DNA from: Chloroflexota bacterium
GTDB lineage: Bacteria > Chloroflexota > UBA11872 > VXNJ01
Length of the DNA: 64,000 bases
Assembly: GCA_965261345.1 (NCBI GenBank)
Contig: OZ253449.1
Span: 1,536,001-1,600,000, forward strand
Direction of reading: 5' to 3'
In this document: piece after piece, positions 39,914 to 49,795 of the stretch
How positions within the stretch are numbered: position 1 is the stretch's first letter
How the letters are laid out: every line of letters begins with the position of its first letter
The notes under the pieces: model-generated
Database searches by the model: none
Told to the model about the DNA's origin: nothing
Seen by the model: the letters and a program-made list of their open reading frames with translations, nothing else
Translations under genes and position numbers: made by a program

Positions 39914-41576
39914 GACGCGTCCCCTTAATTGGTGTAAGTAATCCCTTCCTCTACCAGGGATTGGACAACGACTGCCTGCAGGCAGTCGTTGTCGGCAAGG
40001 GCCGGAAATATCGGGGTCCTTTGCGGCTGGTGGGGTCCTTTGCGCTGCGCGACGGGCGATCGCCCGTCGCTGACGCCCATTGTTGCAGCAACGCCCCGGC
40101 GATCTCCGGTATTGGCGCGCTGGCGGGCAGGGTTTTGGGTAGGCGAACCCGGGGACCCCGAGACGCGCCCTTGCCGCCGGAGCGCCTCCGGGGCCCGCAG
40201 TCAGCTCAGAAGTTCGGGGCCGGCACCAGAGCGTAACCCGATCCGTCGTCTTCGGTGATCGCCACCACCCGGCCGATCATGTCCATGGACTCTTTGGACA
40301 TATAGCGGCGCTCGACGCAGAGCCATTCGTCGTTTTGTTCACACAGGATCGCCCCCACCAGGCGCACGACCGAGTCGTCGTCGGGGAAGAGCTGGACCAC
40401 CCTGGTGCGGCGCTTTAGCTCGGCTATCAGCCGCTCCAGAGGGTTGGTGGACCAGATCTTGCGCCAGTGCCCGGGCGGGAAGTTAAGCGAACGCGGTAAG
40501 CTCTGGCCTCGCGGTCGTCTACGTAATCGCCCAGGCGCGGATCCAGTTGCTCCATGGCGACGGCGAAGGCGTGGTAGGTGGAGACCGCGCGCTCGCGGTC
40601 GGGCTTAGGCAAAGATAGAGGCGAACGCGGCCATCGCCAGCCGCCGCTGCGAGGGCCTGACCCGTCGGGCGATGTTTCTGCCGAAGTGGATGCGGCAGGC
40701 CTGCCAGGCCGCATCGGGCAGGATTCTCTCCACCGCCGCGGCAATAGCGCTGTGGGCGTCGGATATGACCAGCTTCACGCCCCTGAGGCCGCGCTCTGTC
40801 AGGGAGCGCAGGAAATCCTCCCAGAAGACCTGGTCCTCGCCGCGGCCGACCTCAAGGCCCAGGAGCTCGCGCCGGCCGTCGTCGCACACCGCCATGGCGA
40901 TCGCCACCGCGCGCGAGCGCACCGCATGGCCCGAGCGGGCCTCTACATAGGTGGCGTCCACGTACAGGTAGGGGTAGCCGGCGCCGGAGAGATCGCGCTG
41001 GCGGAAGGCGCTCACCGTTTCGTCTAGCCCCTGGCAGATGCGCGAGACTTCCGACTTGGAAACGCCGCTGTGGATGCCCAGCGATTTGACCAGCTCGTCC
41101 ACCTTGCGGGTGGATACGCCTTCGATGTAGGCGGTCATCACGACCGCGTACAGGGCCCGGTCGATGCGACGCCGCCTCTCCACGAACTCGGGGTAGTAGC
41201 TGCCCGATCGGAGCTTGGGCAGGGCGATCGTTATGTCGCCGGCCTGGGTCGCGAGGGTGCGCTTGCGGGATCCGTTGCGCTGGTTCTTGCGCTCCCTGGT
41301 GCGCTCGTGCGGTCCGGCGCCGATGTGGGTTGCCGCGCCGGCGTCGATGAGCTCCTGGTAGCCGCGTTGAACGAGCTGGCGGACGAACTCACCGCTGTCG
41401 AAACCGTCAGCGGACAACTGGGTGATGAGGGACTGATAATCGAACTGGGCCATCGATGTGGCTCCTCTGCGAAGTAAGTGGAATGACTTCAGTAGAGGAT
41501 TGCACGATGGCCCTTTGTCATCGTGCTTGGGCTTACTTCAAGCTGTCGCTTTTACACCACTTCCTGGGACGCGATC
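39914..41576 (-). mobile_element. IS256-family element with frameshifted transposase (40206-41453)
   Basis: RNG.R.R, PKLRSGSY, GVSTRKV, YLYVDA, VISDAH, STNPLERL, FP; IRs CGCGTCCC-N5/6-TGGTGTAA; 8-9 bp target duplication GATCGGTT(G) at 39905 and 41577. Confidence 0.9.
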
Positions 41577-41705
41577 GATCGGTTGCTGATCCGCGGCAAT
41601 TGCAGGTCGGCAGGAATCAGTTGGTGTCGGTTCGCAATGTTTAAAAGGCGCCCCCGGCGCACGTGGGCAATCGCCTTATCTAACCAATAAAGAATCGCAA
41701 CGACC

Positions 41706-42674
41706 ATGCGCGTACTTCTAATTCCCGGCCTGACGATGTCTAAAGTCTCAAACGACCAGCTAGATAAAATCCGCTCCGCCGCCGGCCCCGGCGCCGAAGT
41801 CACGGTCGCCGACTCCCAAAAACACGCGTTGGAGTTAATTGACGGTGCCGACGTGTTGCTTGGAAGCCTTTCCAAGGAACTCTTTGCCAAGGCCAAGCGT
41901 CTCAAATGGGTCCACGCCATTGCGTCGGGCGTCGATGGTTATCTGTTCGACGATTTCAAGAACAGCGATGTCACGTTGACCGGCGAAAAGGGCCTGGTTG
42001 GCCCGCATCTGGCCGATCATGCGTTTGCCCTGCTGCTGGCACTTGCGCGATCGCTCAAACCGGCGATGCAATTGCGGGGACAAGCATGGGATTCACGGGT
42101 CGCGATGCGACGCGTAGCCTTCGAACTCTCCGGCCGAACGATGGGAATAGTCGGTTTTGGCGGCACCGGCCGCGCTATCGCCAGGCGAGCCGATGGATTC
42201 GAAATGGCAGTCCTGGCCGTCGATCTCTTGCCGGTTCCTGGAATGGAAATCGTCCCGGTGGTTGAGCCGTTGACGCAATTGGGGAAAATGCTTGCGGTAT
42301 CAGATGTAGTTGCCGTTTGTACGCCGCTCACATCTGAGACCTTTCACCTCTTTGACCGCGAAACTTTCGCCCTAATGAAACCGGGCTCAGTGATCGTCAA
42401 CGTCACCCGCGGTGAAATCATCGAGCTCGAAGCCGTAATCGAAGCAGTCGAGTCAGGCCATCTGCGCGGCGCGGCGCTCGATGTCGTCGAAGGCGAACCA
42501 CTGCCTTCCGATCACCGCGTTTTTGGAATCGAGAACATCGTCATGACGCCACACACCGCCGGTGCCTCGCAGCTTCGAATCGGGAGAAACATTGATCGTT
42601 TCTGCGAAAATCTGCGCCGCCTTCGCGACGGTTGCGAACTGGTAGGGATCGTCGATAAGCAGGCTGGTTTTTGA
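41706..42674 (+). CDS. D-2-hydroxyacid dehydrogenase
   Basis: GIVGFGGTG, PLT.ET, VN..RG, AALDV...EPL, TPH.AG. Confidence 0.93.
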   Translation: MRVLLIPGLTMSKVSNDQLDKIRSAAGPGAEVTVADSQKHALELIDGADVLLGSLSKELFAKAKRLKWVHAIASGVDGYLFDDFKNSDVTLTGEKGLVGPHLADHAFALLLALARSLKPAMQLRGQAWDSRVAMRRVAFELSGRTMGIVGFGGTGRAIARRADGFEMAVLAVDLLPVPGMEIVPVVEPLTQLGKMLAVSDVVAVCTPLTSETFHLFDRETFALMKPGSVIVNVTRGEIIELEAVIEAVESGHLRGAALDVVEGEPLPSDHRVFGIENIVMTPHTAGASQLRIGRNIDRFCENLRRLRDGCELVGIVDKQAGF

Positions 42675-42766
42675 TCTTGACCAACTAATGAGCGCACCGC
42701 CGCCGGCACGCTCGCGCTCAGATCAATTCGCGGTTATCGCGTGTCGAATTCTGCGATTCGGTCTTT

Positions 42767-43051
42767 TTATCCGTCCACAACCACCATGTTGATATTTGAG
42801 GACTTGGTCCGGATTTCACTCCACGCGGTTTATTCGGGTGAATCCAACCACTCCCTGGCCGCTTGGGCGATGGCAAACTCCAACTAAGCAATACGCTTAG
42901 GTTTCCAACTTCCCTTGATCACGGTAATTTCACCGCCGCGGGCGATGAATTTCCCGCCGTGGCCCTCAACCGTCGCGGTAACGCGTTCGAGAAATTCGCC
43001 GTAAAGCGCTCGGTCGGTGATTTCGACATCGACTATATCGAAGCCGGCCAT
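42767..43051 (-). pseudogene. DUF1330-family protein with two in-frame stops
   Basis: GGKFIARGG...EF..A..W..SPE; TAG at 42884-42886 and TAA at 42830-42832. Confidence 0.8.
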
Positions 43052-43242
43052 GGTGCCTACCGGTTCTCTGGCCAATCATGGGCGTTAGCCCGCCCACCTG
43101 TTTTCAATTGTGTCCACCGCTCGCGCGAACCCCTTTTCAAATTCTGGTAGCCTGGCTCAGCTAAAGGATTTCGCAGATTCGGCCGGTGCCGTTGTGCAGC
43201 TTGAGGGCAGCCGGGAAATGGCTGTCGTGACCGGTGCGTATC

Positions 43243-44930
43243 CTAATGTCCGATCAGGCCAACCTGCGGGTGCGTCCAGGCCAGTTTTGAAAGCGTTTCC
43301 ATAAAGTGGGCGCGCGTGAGATGCATGTCCCAAACCGGTACGTCAATTACCATCGGCGCCGCAAGCTCGATCGCACTCGGAATCAATGAAACAAGGTCCA
43401 TTGGGTCCTTAGCGTGCATACCGATCGCGCCGAATGATTCGGCTAATTTGACCAGGTCTGGATTTACGAGATCGGTTTCGTAGGTCCCGTCGAACAGGTC
43501 ATCTAGTTCGCTGGCGACATTGCCGTAGGAGTCATTCCTAAACACGATCGTGACCACGTTGATTTTGTAGCGGACGGCGGTGGCGAGCTCGGTGGCATTG
43601 AAAAGGAATCCGCCATCGCCGCAAATTGCGAACGCGGGTTGGTGCGGTGCCGCCACCTTTGCTCCCAGGGCGGTTGGAAAGGAATATCCGAGGTTGAACG
43701 AATATCCCGAATCTATGTAGGTGTTTGGGTGGTTTACTTTGGAGTGAGTCCGGGCGTAATAACCAAATTGGCTAACGCCCCAAGCGACGTGAGCGTCGGA
43801 CGGAATCGCCTGATTGACGGCTTCTACGATCGGGTACTGAGGTTCCTTGAACCGAATGTCGTGATAGGCAATCAATTGGCGGGCCGCGGTCACCGCGTCG
43901 GCGGGCGAGGGGCAGTCACCGGCTACGGCTTCAACCAGATGCGGAGTCCAAGCTTTCAAAGTTGCCCGGGCGTCGCCGTGCAATGGAATTGCGTTGGCCT
44001 GCACCCGGGTGAGTTCGGAGTCATCAATATTGATGTTTATGAGGGTGGAGGACTCTCCGGCCGGGTTCCCCAATGAGAATCGCGTGCCAACCCCGATGAC
44101 CAGGTCGGAAGATTGCATCACGTCGTGTTGATCGTTGATCTCCTGTCGCTCGGCACTGGGGCTAATGCAAGAGCCGTAGCAGAGTGGGTGATTGTCAGGC
44201 AGCGATCCCTTGCCGCCAGGCGACGTAATCACCGGAATATCGGTTTTCTCAACCATTTCGCGCAGGGCCGCCTCCGCGCCGGATCGGATCACGCCACCAC
44301 CGGCAAAAATGAGTGGAAAGCTCGACTTGGCCACCAATGCGGCAGCGTCGCGGAGTTGGTCGGGGCTGGGGACAATGTGTGCGATCGGGGCCGGATTGGG
44401 CAATTGCACGTCGTCCCGTTCCACCCCCACTTCGGGCGGGAAATTTATCAATACCGGCCGTGGTCGACCGGTCCGCATTTGCCTGAATGCTTCCGTTACC
44501 ACTCCGGGAACATCGCCTGGAGTATTAACCTGCTGATGCCATTTGATCAATGGTTCGGCCACTCGCGATTGGCCCCAGATCTCGTGAACGGCGTCGAGCC
44601 GTTTGCTGATCTGCCGCCTCGGAATCTCGCTGGCGATGACCAGCACGGGCACCGAACGCGCAAACGGGGTAGTTAAGGCAGCAGCAGCGTTGTAGAGCCG
44701 GCTCCTGGGATTACCAAAACAACACCAGGTTTGCCCGATATTCGGGCGTACCCATCGGCCATGTGGACCGCACCCGCTTCGTGCCGGGTCGTGATCTTGC
44801 GAATGCGTGGTTCGTCACGCAGCGCGGCAATGATCCCGGACATGTGAATCCCCGGGATTCCGAATATGACCTCGGTTCCCTCCCGAACCAGGGATGCGAC
44901 CAAGGCTTCTCCACCGCTCAGTTTTGGCAT
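43243..44930 (-). pseudogene. Thiamine pyrophosphate-binding enzyme (acetolactate synthase-like), frameshifted
   Basis: FGIPG.H, RHE.GA..MADGYAR, GRPRPV, GDGGF...N; frame break near 44700. Confidence 0.85.
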
Positions 44931-45823
44931 TGTGGAACCCGGAAACTGTTCATCGTCGTTGGGGAGCACCCAGGAGGTAGTTGCGCGGATGAATCATTAC
45001 CGCCGCAGTTGGCCTTGCAGTTTACCGGAGCCGATGGATTGACGGCAGATTCGGACATTTCGAGAAATTTATTGCGCCCGTCATCGCCGAACTAGAACTG
45101 ACGCACCTCAACTAAAGTCAGCATCTTCATTGACCTGGCCCTTGTAAGGGGGTGCGAGAAGTCGCCCGACACCGCTGCGCCCGCCCGGCAGGGCCGCAAA
45201 TCCCGACCACTTCCCTGGGGCGCCGCAAGGATCGCTTTAGCGCCGGCCAGAGCAAGGCGTTACCGAGTCTTAAATTCCGTGGGGATCGGACCCAGCGCCG
45301 AGCGCTGGCTGATCCTTGCGGACCCGAGCGGCGCCGGACGCATTTGCCAGAAGCTCTCTGAACATCAGGACCATCGCCCACCTCGACGGCCGCTGGAAGA
45401 CCGACTGACCCTCGGGGATCGTCACTTAGCATTGGCGCTTTGGCTTCGGCTATGTCGCCGCAATTCTCCGCACACCGGATCCGGGCCGTTACCGTCTGCC
45501 CGACCGGTCCCGCTACCTGCAACACGGTACTTTCCTCTGGCGGGGCTTTGGGATCGCCGCTAAAGGGGCACGGTGACCAAGGGGCTCGACGGGGTGGCGG
45601 CCCAACTTCTGGCCCTGCGCGGCTTCACAAAGCAGATTGATAACACCGAAAACCGATTCCGGCCAAGGCAATTAACCGCACCGGGCTAGCGATTTCTAGG
45701 CTGGCGAACGGAATCGCAAGGGATTCGAGCTTGCTCATCAATAATTATTCAACCAGTAGCAGAGATGAGCGCCATTTTCGAGAACCAGTTGGACTAAGCG
45801 TCCGGCGTTCGGGAGTTAGATAT

Positions 45824-47386
45824 ATGAAATTTAAAGATGCCGTTGATGCAATTGCGAAGTACCACGAATTGCATCGCATTGCCGGTGCGCACGTCGTCGA
45901 TCACCGCCGGCTCAATCCTGATGAATTGCGTGATGCGCTGCACAAAGTGAAACCGCAGTACGTCCACGAAGAAACAATCCGATCTAATTTCGAGCAGGCG
46001 CTATTCAAAGAAGAGAGCACCCAACTGCGAGTCCTCTCGCGATTGATCCTTGTTGACGTGCTACTGAACCAGTACGGATTCGAGTTGCCGTTTAACGAAA
46101 CCGAGGAATCGGTCATTGCATTCGAGCAGATGGTCGTCGACCGGTCCAATGAAATTGAACTGATCGATTTGGGGTGTGCAGGCAACACATCTACGCGATT
46201 TAACAACCTCAAGCTCTACGAATTCGTATTGGAAGTCGCTTGGCAAAATGACGATGACAAATCTCCTGACGAAGTCAATCTTCTGCGGAAGCTTCGGGAG
46301 CGATTAGCGGTCACCGAATCTGATCATCGACTGATGGAGGCAAAGCTCGGCAAGTACCCGAAATTGGAAAACTCGCTCCACGCACGGGACGAGATCGATG
46401 AAGCGCGTAGGTACCTGCACGGTCTTGGGCTGTTATTTGCAATTCGCCGCGATGACGATGTCGACGTGGACCTTGTCCCAGAAGAAGTTGCCGAGACGAT
46501 TAGAAGCTTGGTTAACCGACACATGCGGGACGAAGCCTACAGCCTGATGATGGCTGAGCGGCCGGTTCGGAAAAAGGCGCACCTACAGAGCGTCTTGGAA
46601 AAGAACGGTGTCGAATTCGGCAAATACGACACTCTGGAAACGTTGACTTCCCTAGTCGTTGACTACGTTCCGGCCGCAAAGGCAATCAGCAGCAATTCAC
46701 CACGCTACGGCTTATCTAATAAACAGCTTTCGTCCTGGTGCCGAGATCTCGGTGCGCCTGTCTACGGTACAACGGATGAAATGGTGGACCGGATAATCCG
46801 CCACTTTGACCGCCGACGGCCAGTGGTGGAGCATGAGGATGATGCACGGGCTACGTGGTATGACTACTACGAAGAATTGGCGACCCGCGATTACGGCACC
46901 CTCCGCTCTCAAGAAATCATTGCGAAAGACTTGGAAATCGAGTCGAAGTTTGAGGACGCGACCAAGTACCTCTTTTCTGAAAAGCTGAAGCACGCTCCCC
47001 TTAAACAACCTGGGTCGAACCATCCGGATGGGTTGCTCAGCCTCGGCTCGTTCTACCTAATGTGGGACAACAAGTCGAAAGAAACACCAGTAAACCTTCG
47101 CGACCACACAAAACAATTCGACGCATATATGGAGAGCGCGGAAAAACCGGTACCGATTTTCTTGGTGATCGGCCCCGCATTTACGAAAGATTCTGAATAC
47201 GAGGCAATCCGGTATCGCGCCGAGCATTTCGACCGGGCAATCACTTTGATAACCGCCGGCGAGTTGCGGGAATTGGCCGAGGAGTGGGCAAATTCCGACA
47301 ACAAACGCCGCGAAGAACCTTTTCCACTAGGGTTGCTGGGCGCCAACGGGCGGTATTCGCGAAATCAATTGGGAAAACTCGCCTAG
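45824..47386 (+). CDS. Hypothetical protein: TerB-like + SAP-like + PD-(D/E)xK nuclease-like
   Basis: AW..D...S.DE..LL..LR..L (TerB-like), LSNKQLSSWCRDLG....GT..E.VDRI (SAP-like), E...HPDG...WDNKS. Confidence 0.6.
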   Translation: MKFKDAVDAIAKYHELHRIAGAHVVDHRRLNPDELRDALHKVKPQYVHEETIRSNFEQALFKEESTQLRVLSRLILVDVLLNQYGFELPFNETEESVIAFEQMVVDRSNEIELIDLGCAGNTSTRFNNLKLYEFVLEVAWQNDDDKSPDEVNLLRKLRERLAVTESDHRLMEAKLGKYPKLENSLHARDEIDEARRYLHGLGLLFAIRRDDDVDVDLVPEEVAETIRSLVNRHMRDEAYSLMMAERPVRKKAHLQSVLEKNGVEFGKYDTLETLTSLVVDYVPAAKAISSNSPRYGLSNKQLSSWCRDLGAPVYGTTDEMVDRIIRHFDRRRPVVEHEDDARATWYDYYEELATRDYGTLRSQEIIAKDLEIESKFEDATKYLFSEKLKHAPLKQPGSNHPDGLLSLGSFYLMWDNKSKETPVNLRDHTKQFDAYMESAEKPVPIFLVIGPAFTKDSEYEAIRYRAEHFDRAITLITAGELRELAEEWANSDNKRREEPFPLGLLGANGRYSRNQLGKLA

Positions 47387-47653
47387 GGTTGGCAACCAAT
47401 GCGAAAAACGAAATTTGTCGTGTCCGCGTTTTGGCGAAACTTCAATGCGCAAAAGGCTGAGCGTCAGACGATTCGTCGGATTGAGCCTGTGATCAACTGT
47501 CGCTACTGCACCCGATTGTCACGGGCATACACGCCGGTTCGGCACCGACTCGAATTTGCGAATGGACAGAGCGCCGCGCAGCCGACTGTATCTGAACCAA
47601 GCGTGTTACAAGGCTTGACCAGCATGACGCCGCCGCGATTGGAGAGGAACTAG

Positions 47654-49324
47654 TTGACTACATTCGCGCAGGCGACGAAGCTATGGCTGATCGCAATCCT
47701 TTTTGTGGCTCTCTCGCTGATTTTGGCAACCGGGGCGAATGCCAATAGCCCCGACTTTGCAATCGCTGGCGGTTGGTTTTTTACTCAAGGCGGAGGCGAC
47801 ACCGCCCGCTCCGACGATGGATTCGCCGTAATTGATGACGAGGGCGCAAAGTTCTGGACCGCGTTTCAAGCCAGTGGCGGCGTCGGGGCCGTTGGCTATC
47901 CTATTTCAGTCCGATTCCAATGGGATGGATTTGTAACCCAGGTCATGCAAAAAGCCGTTTTTCAATGGCGGCCGGAAACTGACAGCGTCGCCTTTGTAAA
48001 CGTTTTTGACGATCTCTCACGCCATGGCTTCGACGACCAACTGGCCACCCTCCTGGTCCCTGAACCAGAAGTGTTTAACGACGAGACTGGTCTCAGCTTC
48101 GGACAAATAATTGCCAAGCGCACGGCGCTTCTGGAACCCGAACCGGCGTTATTGGCCGTCTACCAAGCCGCCGCAGATCCGTTGCGCAATTACGGCTTGC
48201 CGCAATCCAGCGTTAGGCAATACGACGGATTGCGGGCAATCCGCCTGCAACGGGTGGTTCTACAAATCTGGACTAGCGACTTCCCCTGGGCCCAAGCGGG
48301 AACCGTAACCATTGCCAACGGTGGGGACCTGGCAAAGCAGCTGGGCCTATTTAGGGCGACAGGATCCGCGTTCGTGCCCATGTCGCCGCCGGGCTCGGAA
48401 CCAGGACTTGTGGAACCGAGCGAGCTAACAACTGCGCGGGAACTTTTGTCCGAAATCGCGATTGAAGCCGAGCGCGCTGACGGGTATAGCCGCGCCGACT
48501 GGCGCCACTGGAGCGACTTCGACGGCGATGGCTGCAATACCCGCTGCGAGGTACTAGCAGACGAGCGACGCCCAAATGGCGACTGGTATTCGGCCTTCGA
48601 CGGACAGGTAACTGACAATCCCTCGACCTTTGATATTGACCACATTGTTCCACTGGCGGAAGCACACGAATCAGGCGGCTGGGCCTGGGACGAAGAAACC
48701 CGGGAACTTTTTGCCAACGATCAGGAATACGCACATTCATTAATTGCCGTTTCGGCCAGCTCCAACCGCAGCAAGGGCAAGCGCGACCCAGCCGAATGGC
48801 TACCCTCAGCCGAAGGAGCCCATTGCTTCTATGCCGAGGCCTGGGTTGTCGTCAAATGGCGTTGGCAGCTCGGCGTTGACCAAACCGAACACGACGCATT
48901 GAAAGGGATCCTGGACGATTGCCCAGCAACTTCGCTAAGCGAAATTGCACCGCCGCAAGCGAGCCCCGCCACTTCGACCCCCACCATGGATCCCGCCACT
49001 TCGACCGGCACTATGAACCCCGGGACCACGTCGGCGCAAGTACAGATCGAATATTGCGATGCAAGCGCCGAACTGGTCCAGATCAGCGGTCCGGCAGGCT
49101 TTGATCTGGGTGGTTGGCAGATCAGCGACCAAGGTCCGCAGTTTAGCCACACGTTCAGTCCCGGAACGAATCTGCGCGACGACGGCAAGATATTGATCGC
49201 GTCCGGCCGCGCTACGGGCGATCTAAGACCCTGGGGCGGCCGCTTCGTCTGGAACAACGACGGCGATGTGGCCACACTCACCGACCCAACGGGTCGGGTG
49301 GTTGCCACGCGCGATTGCAGCTAA
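47654..49324 (+). CDS. Secreted HNH (DUF1524-like) nuclease with N-terminal surface domain and lamin-tail domain
   Basis: Signal peptide; FW..FQ..GG...GYPIS..F; DGDGCNTR, DIDHIVPLAEA, SNRSKG..DP.EW.P; DL.GW.I.D...VWNNDGD. Confidence 0.82.
   Translation: MTTFAQATKLWLIAILFVALSLILATGANANSPDFAIAGGWFFTQGGGDTARSDDGFAVIDDEGAKFWTAFQASGGVGAVGYPISVRFQWDGFVTQVMQKAVFQWRPETDSVAFVNVFDDLSRHGFDDQLATLLVPEPEVFNDETGLSFGQIIAKRTALLEPEPALLAVYQAAADPLRNYGLPQSSVRQYDGLRAIRLQRVVLQIWTSDFPWAQAGTVTIANGGDLAKQLGLFRATGSAFVPMSPPGSEPGLVEPSELTTARELLSEIAIEAERADGYSRADWRHWSDFDGDGCNTRCEVLADERRPNGDWYSAFDGQVTDNPSTFDIDHIVPLAEAHESGGWAWDEETRELFANDQEYAHSLIAVSASSNRSKGKRDPAEWLPSAEGAHCFYAEAWVVVKWRWQLGVDQTEHDALKGILDDCPATSLSEIAPPQASPATSTPTMDPATSTGTMNPGTTSAQVQIEYCDASAELVQISGPAGFDLGGWQISDQGPQFSHTFSPGTNLRDDGKILIASGRATGDLRPWGGRFVWNNDGDVATLTDPTGRVVATRDCS
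48965..49033 (+). repeat. Degenerate 27-bp tandem repeat encoding the linker PATSTPTMD/PATSTGTMN/PGTTS
   Basis: CCCGCCACTTCGACC occurs twice 27 bp apart, with a third degenerate copy. Confidence 0.7.
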
Positions 49325-49795
49325 CCGCATCAGTCGGCGCGCTAGCTACAGATCTGACGTTAGTCTGCCACCGCAGGGCTCAACATTCCAGACCCGAGAT
49401 GTTGCTGATTCGATTGGGGCGTTACCGCTCATCAATTTGCGTCGAAGCCGACCAGATTACCGGAATCTGCACTTGGAGGGATCAATGGAGCCCGGTATGA
49501 CGCTGCGGCGGCTGTTCCGGTTCGTTCCCTGCGAGATGGGTTTCGGGATCGGGGCTAATTGGCTCAAGAACGCCTTCTGCGCCAATCCAATGCGATCTGT
49601 CGTCATCAGCATGTGGACGGCCACTGAGATCTGCCCGGACACGGACATCGGATGTGGCCGCCCTTGGCCGCCGTTGGGAAATTTTCATGGCCACTGGCCG
49701 GCTCCCCCTCATTGGTACCAGCGGGAATGTGAATAATCTGGTTCCAACGAAAGGGGACTGCAATGGCGAAGCGAAAGTACTCGCCCGAACAGATC

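Noticed and set aside
49266-49736. ORF possibly interrupted by the IS3 element
   Set aside because: The joined flanks give no recognisable protein family.
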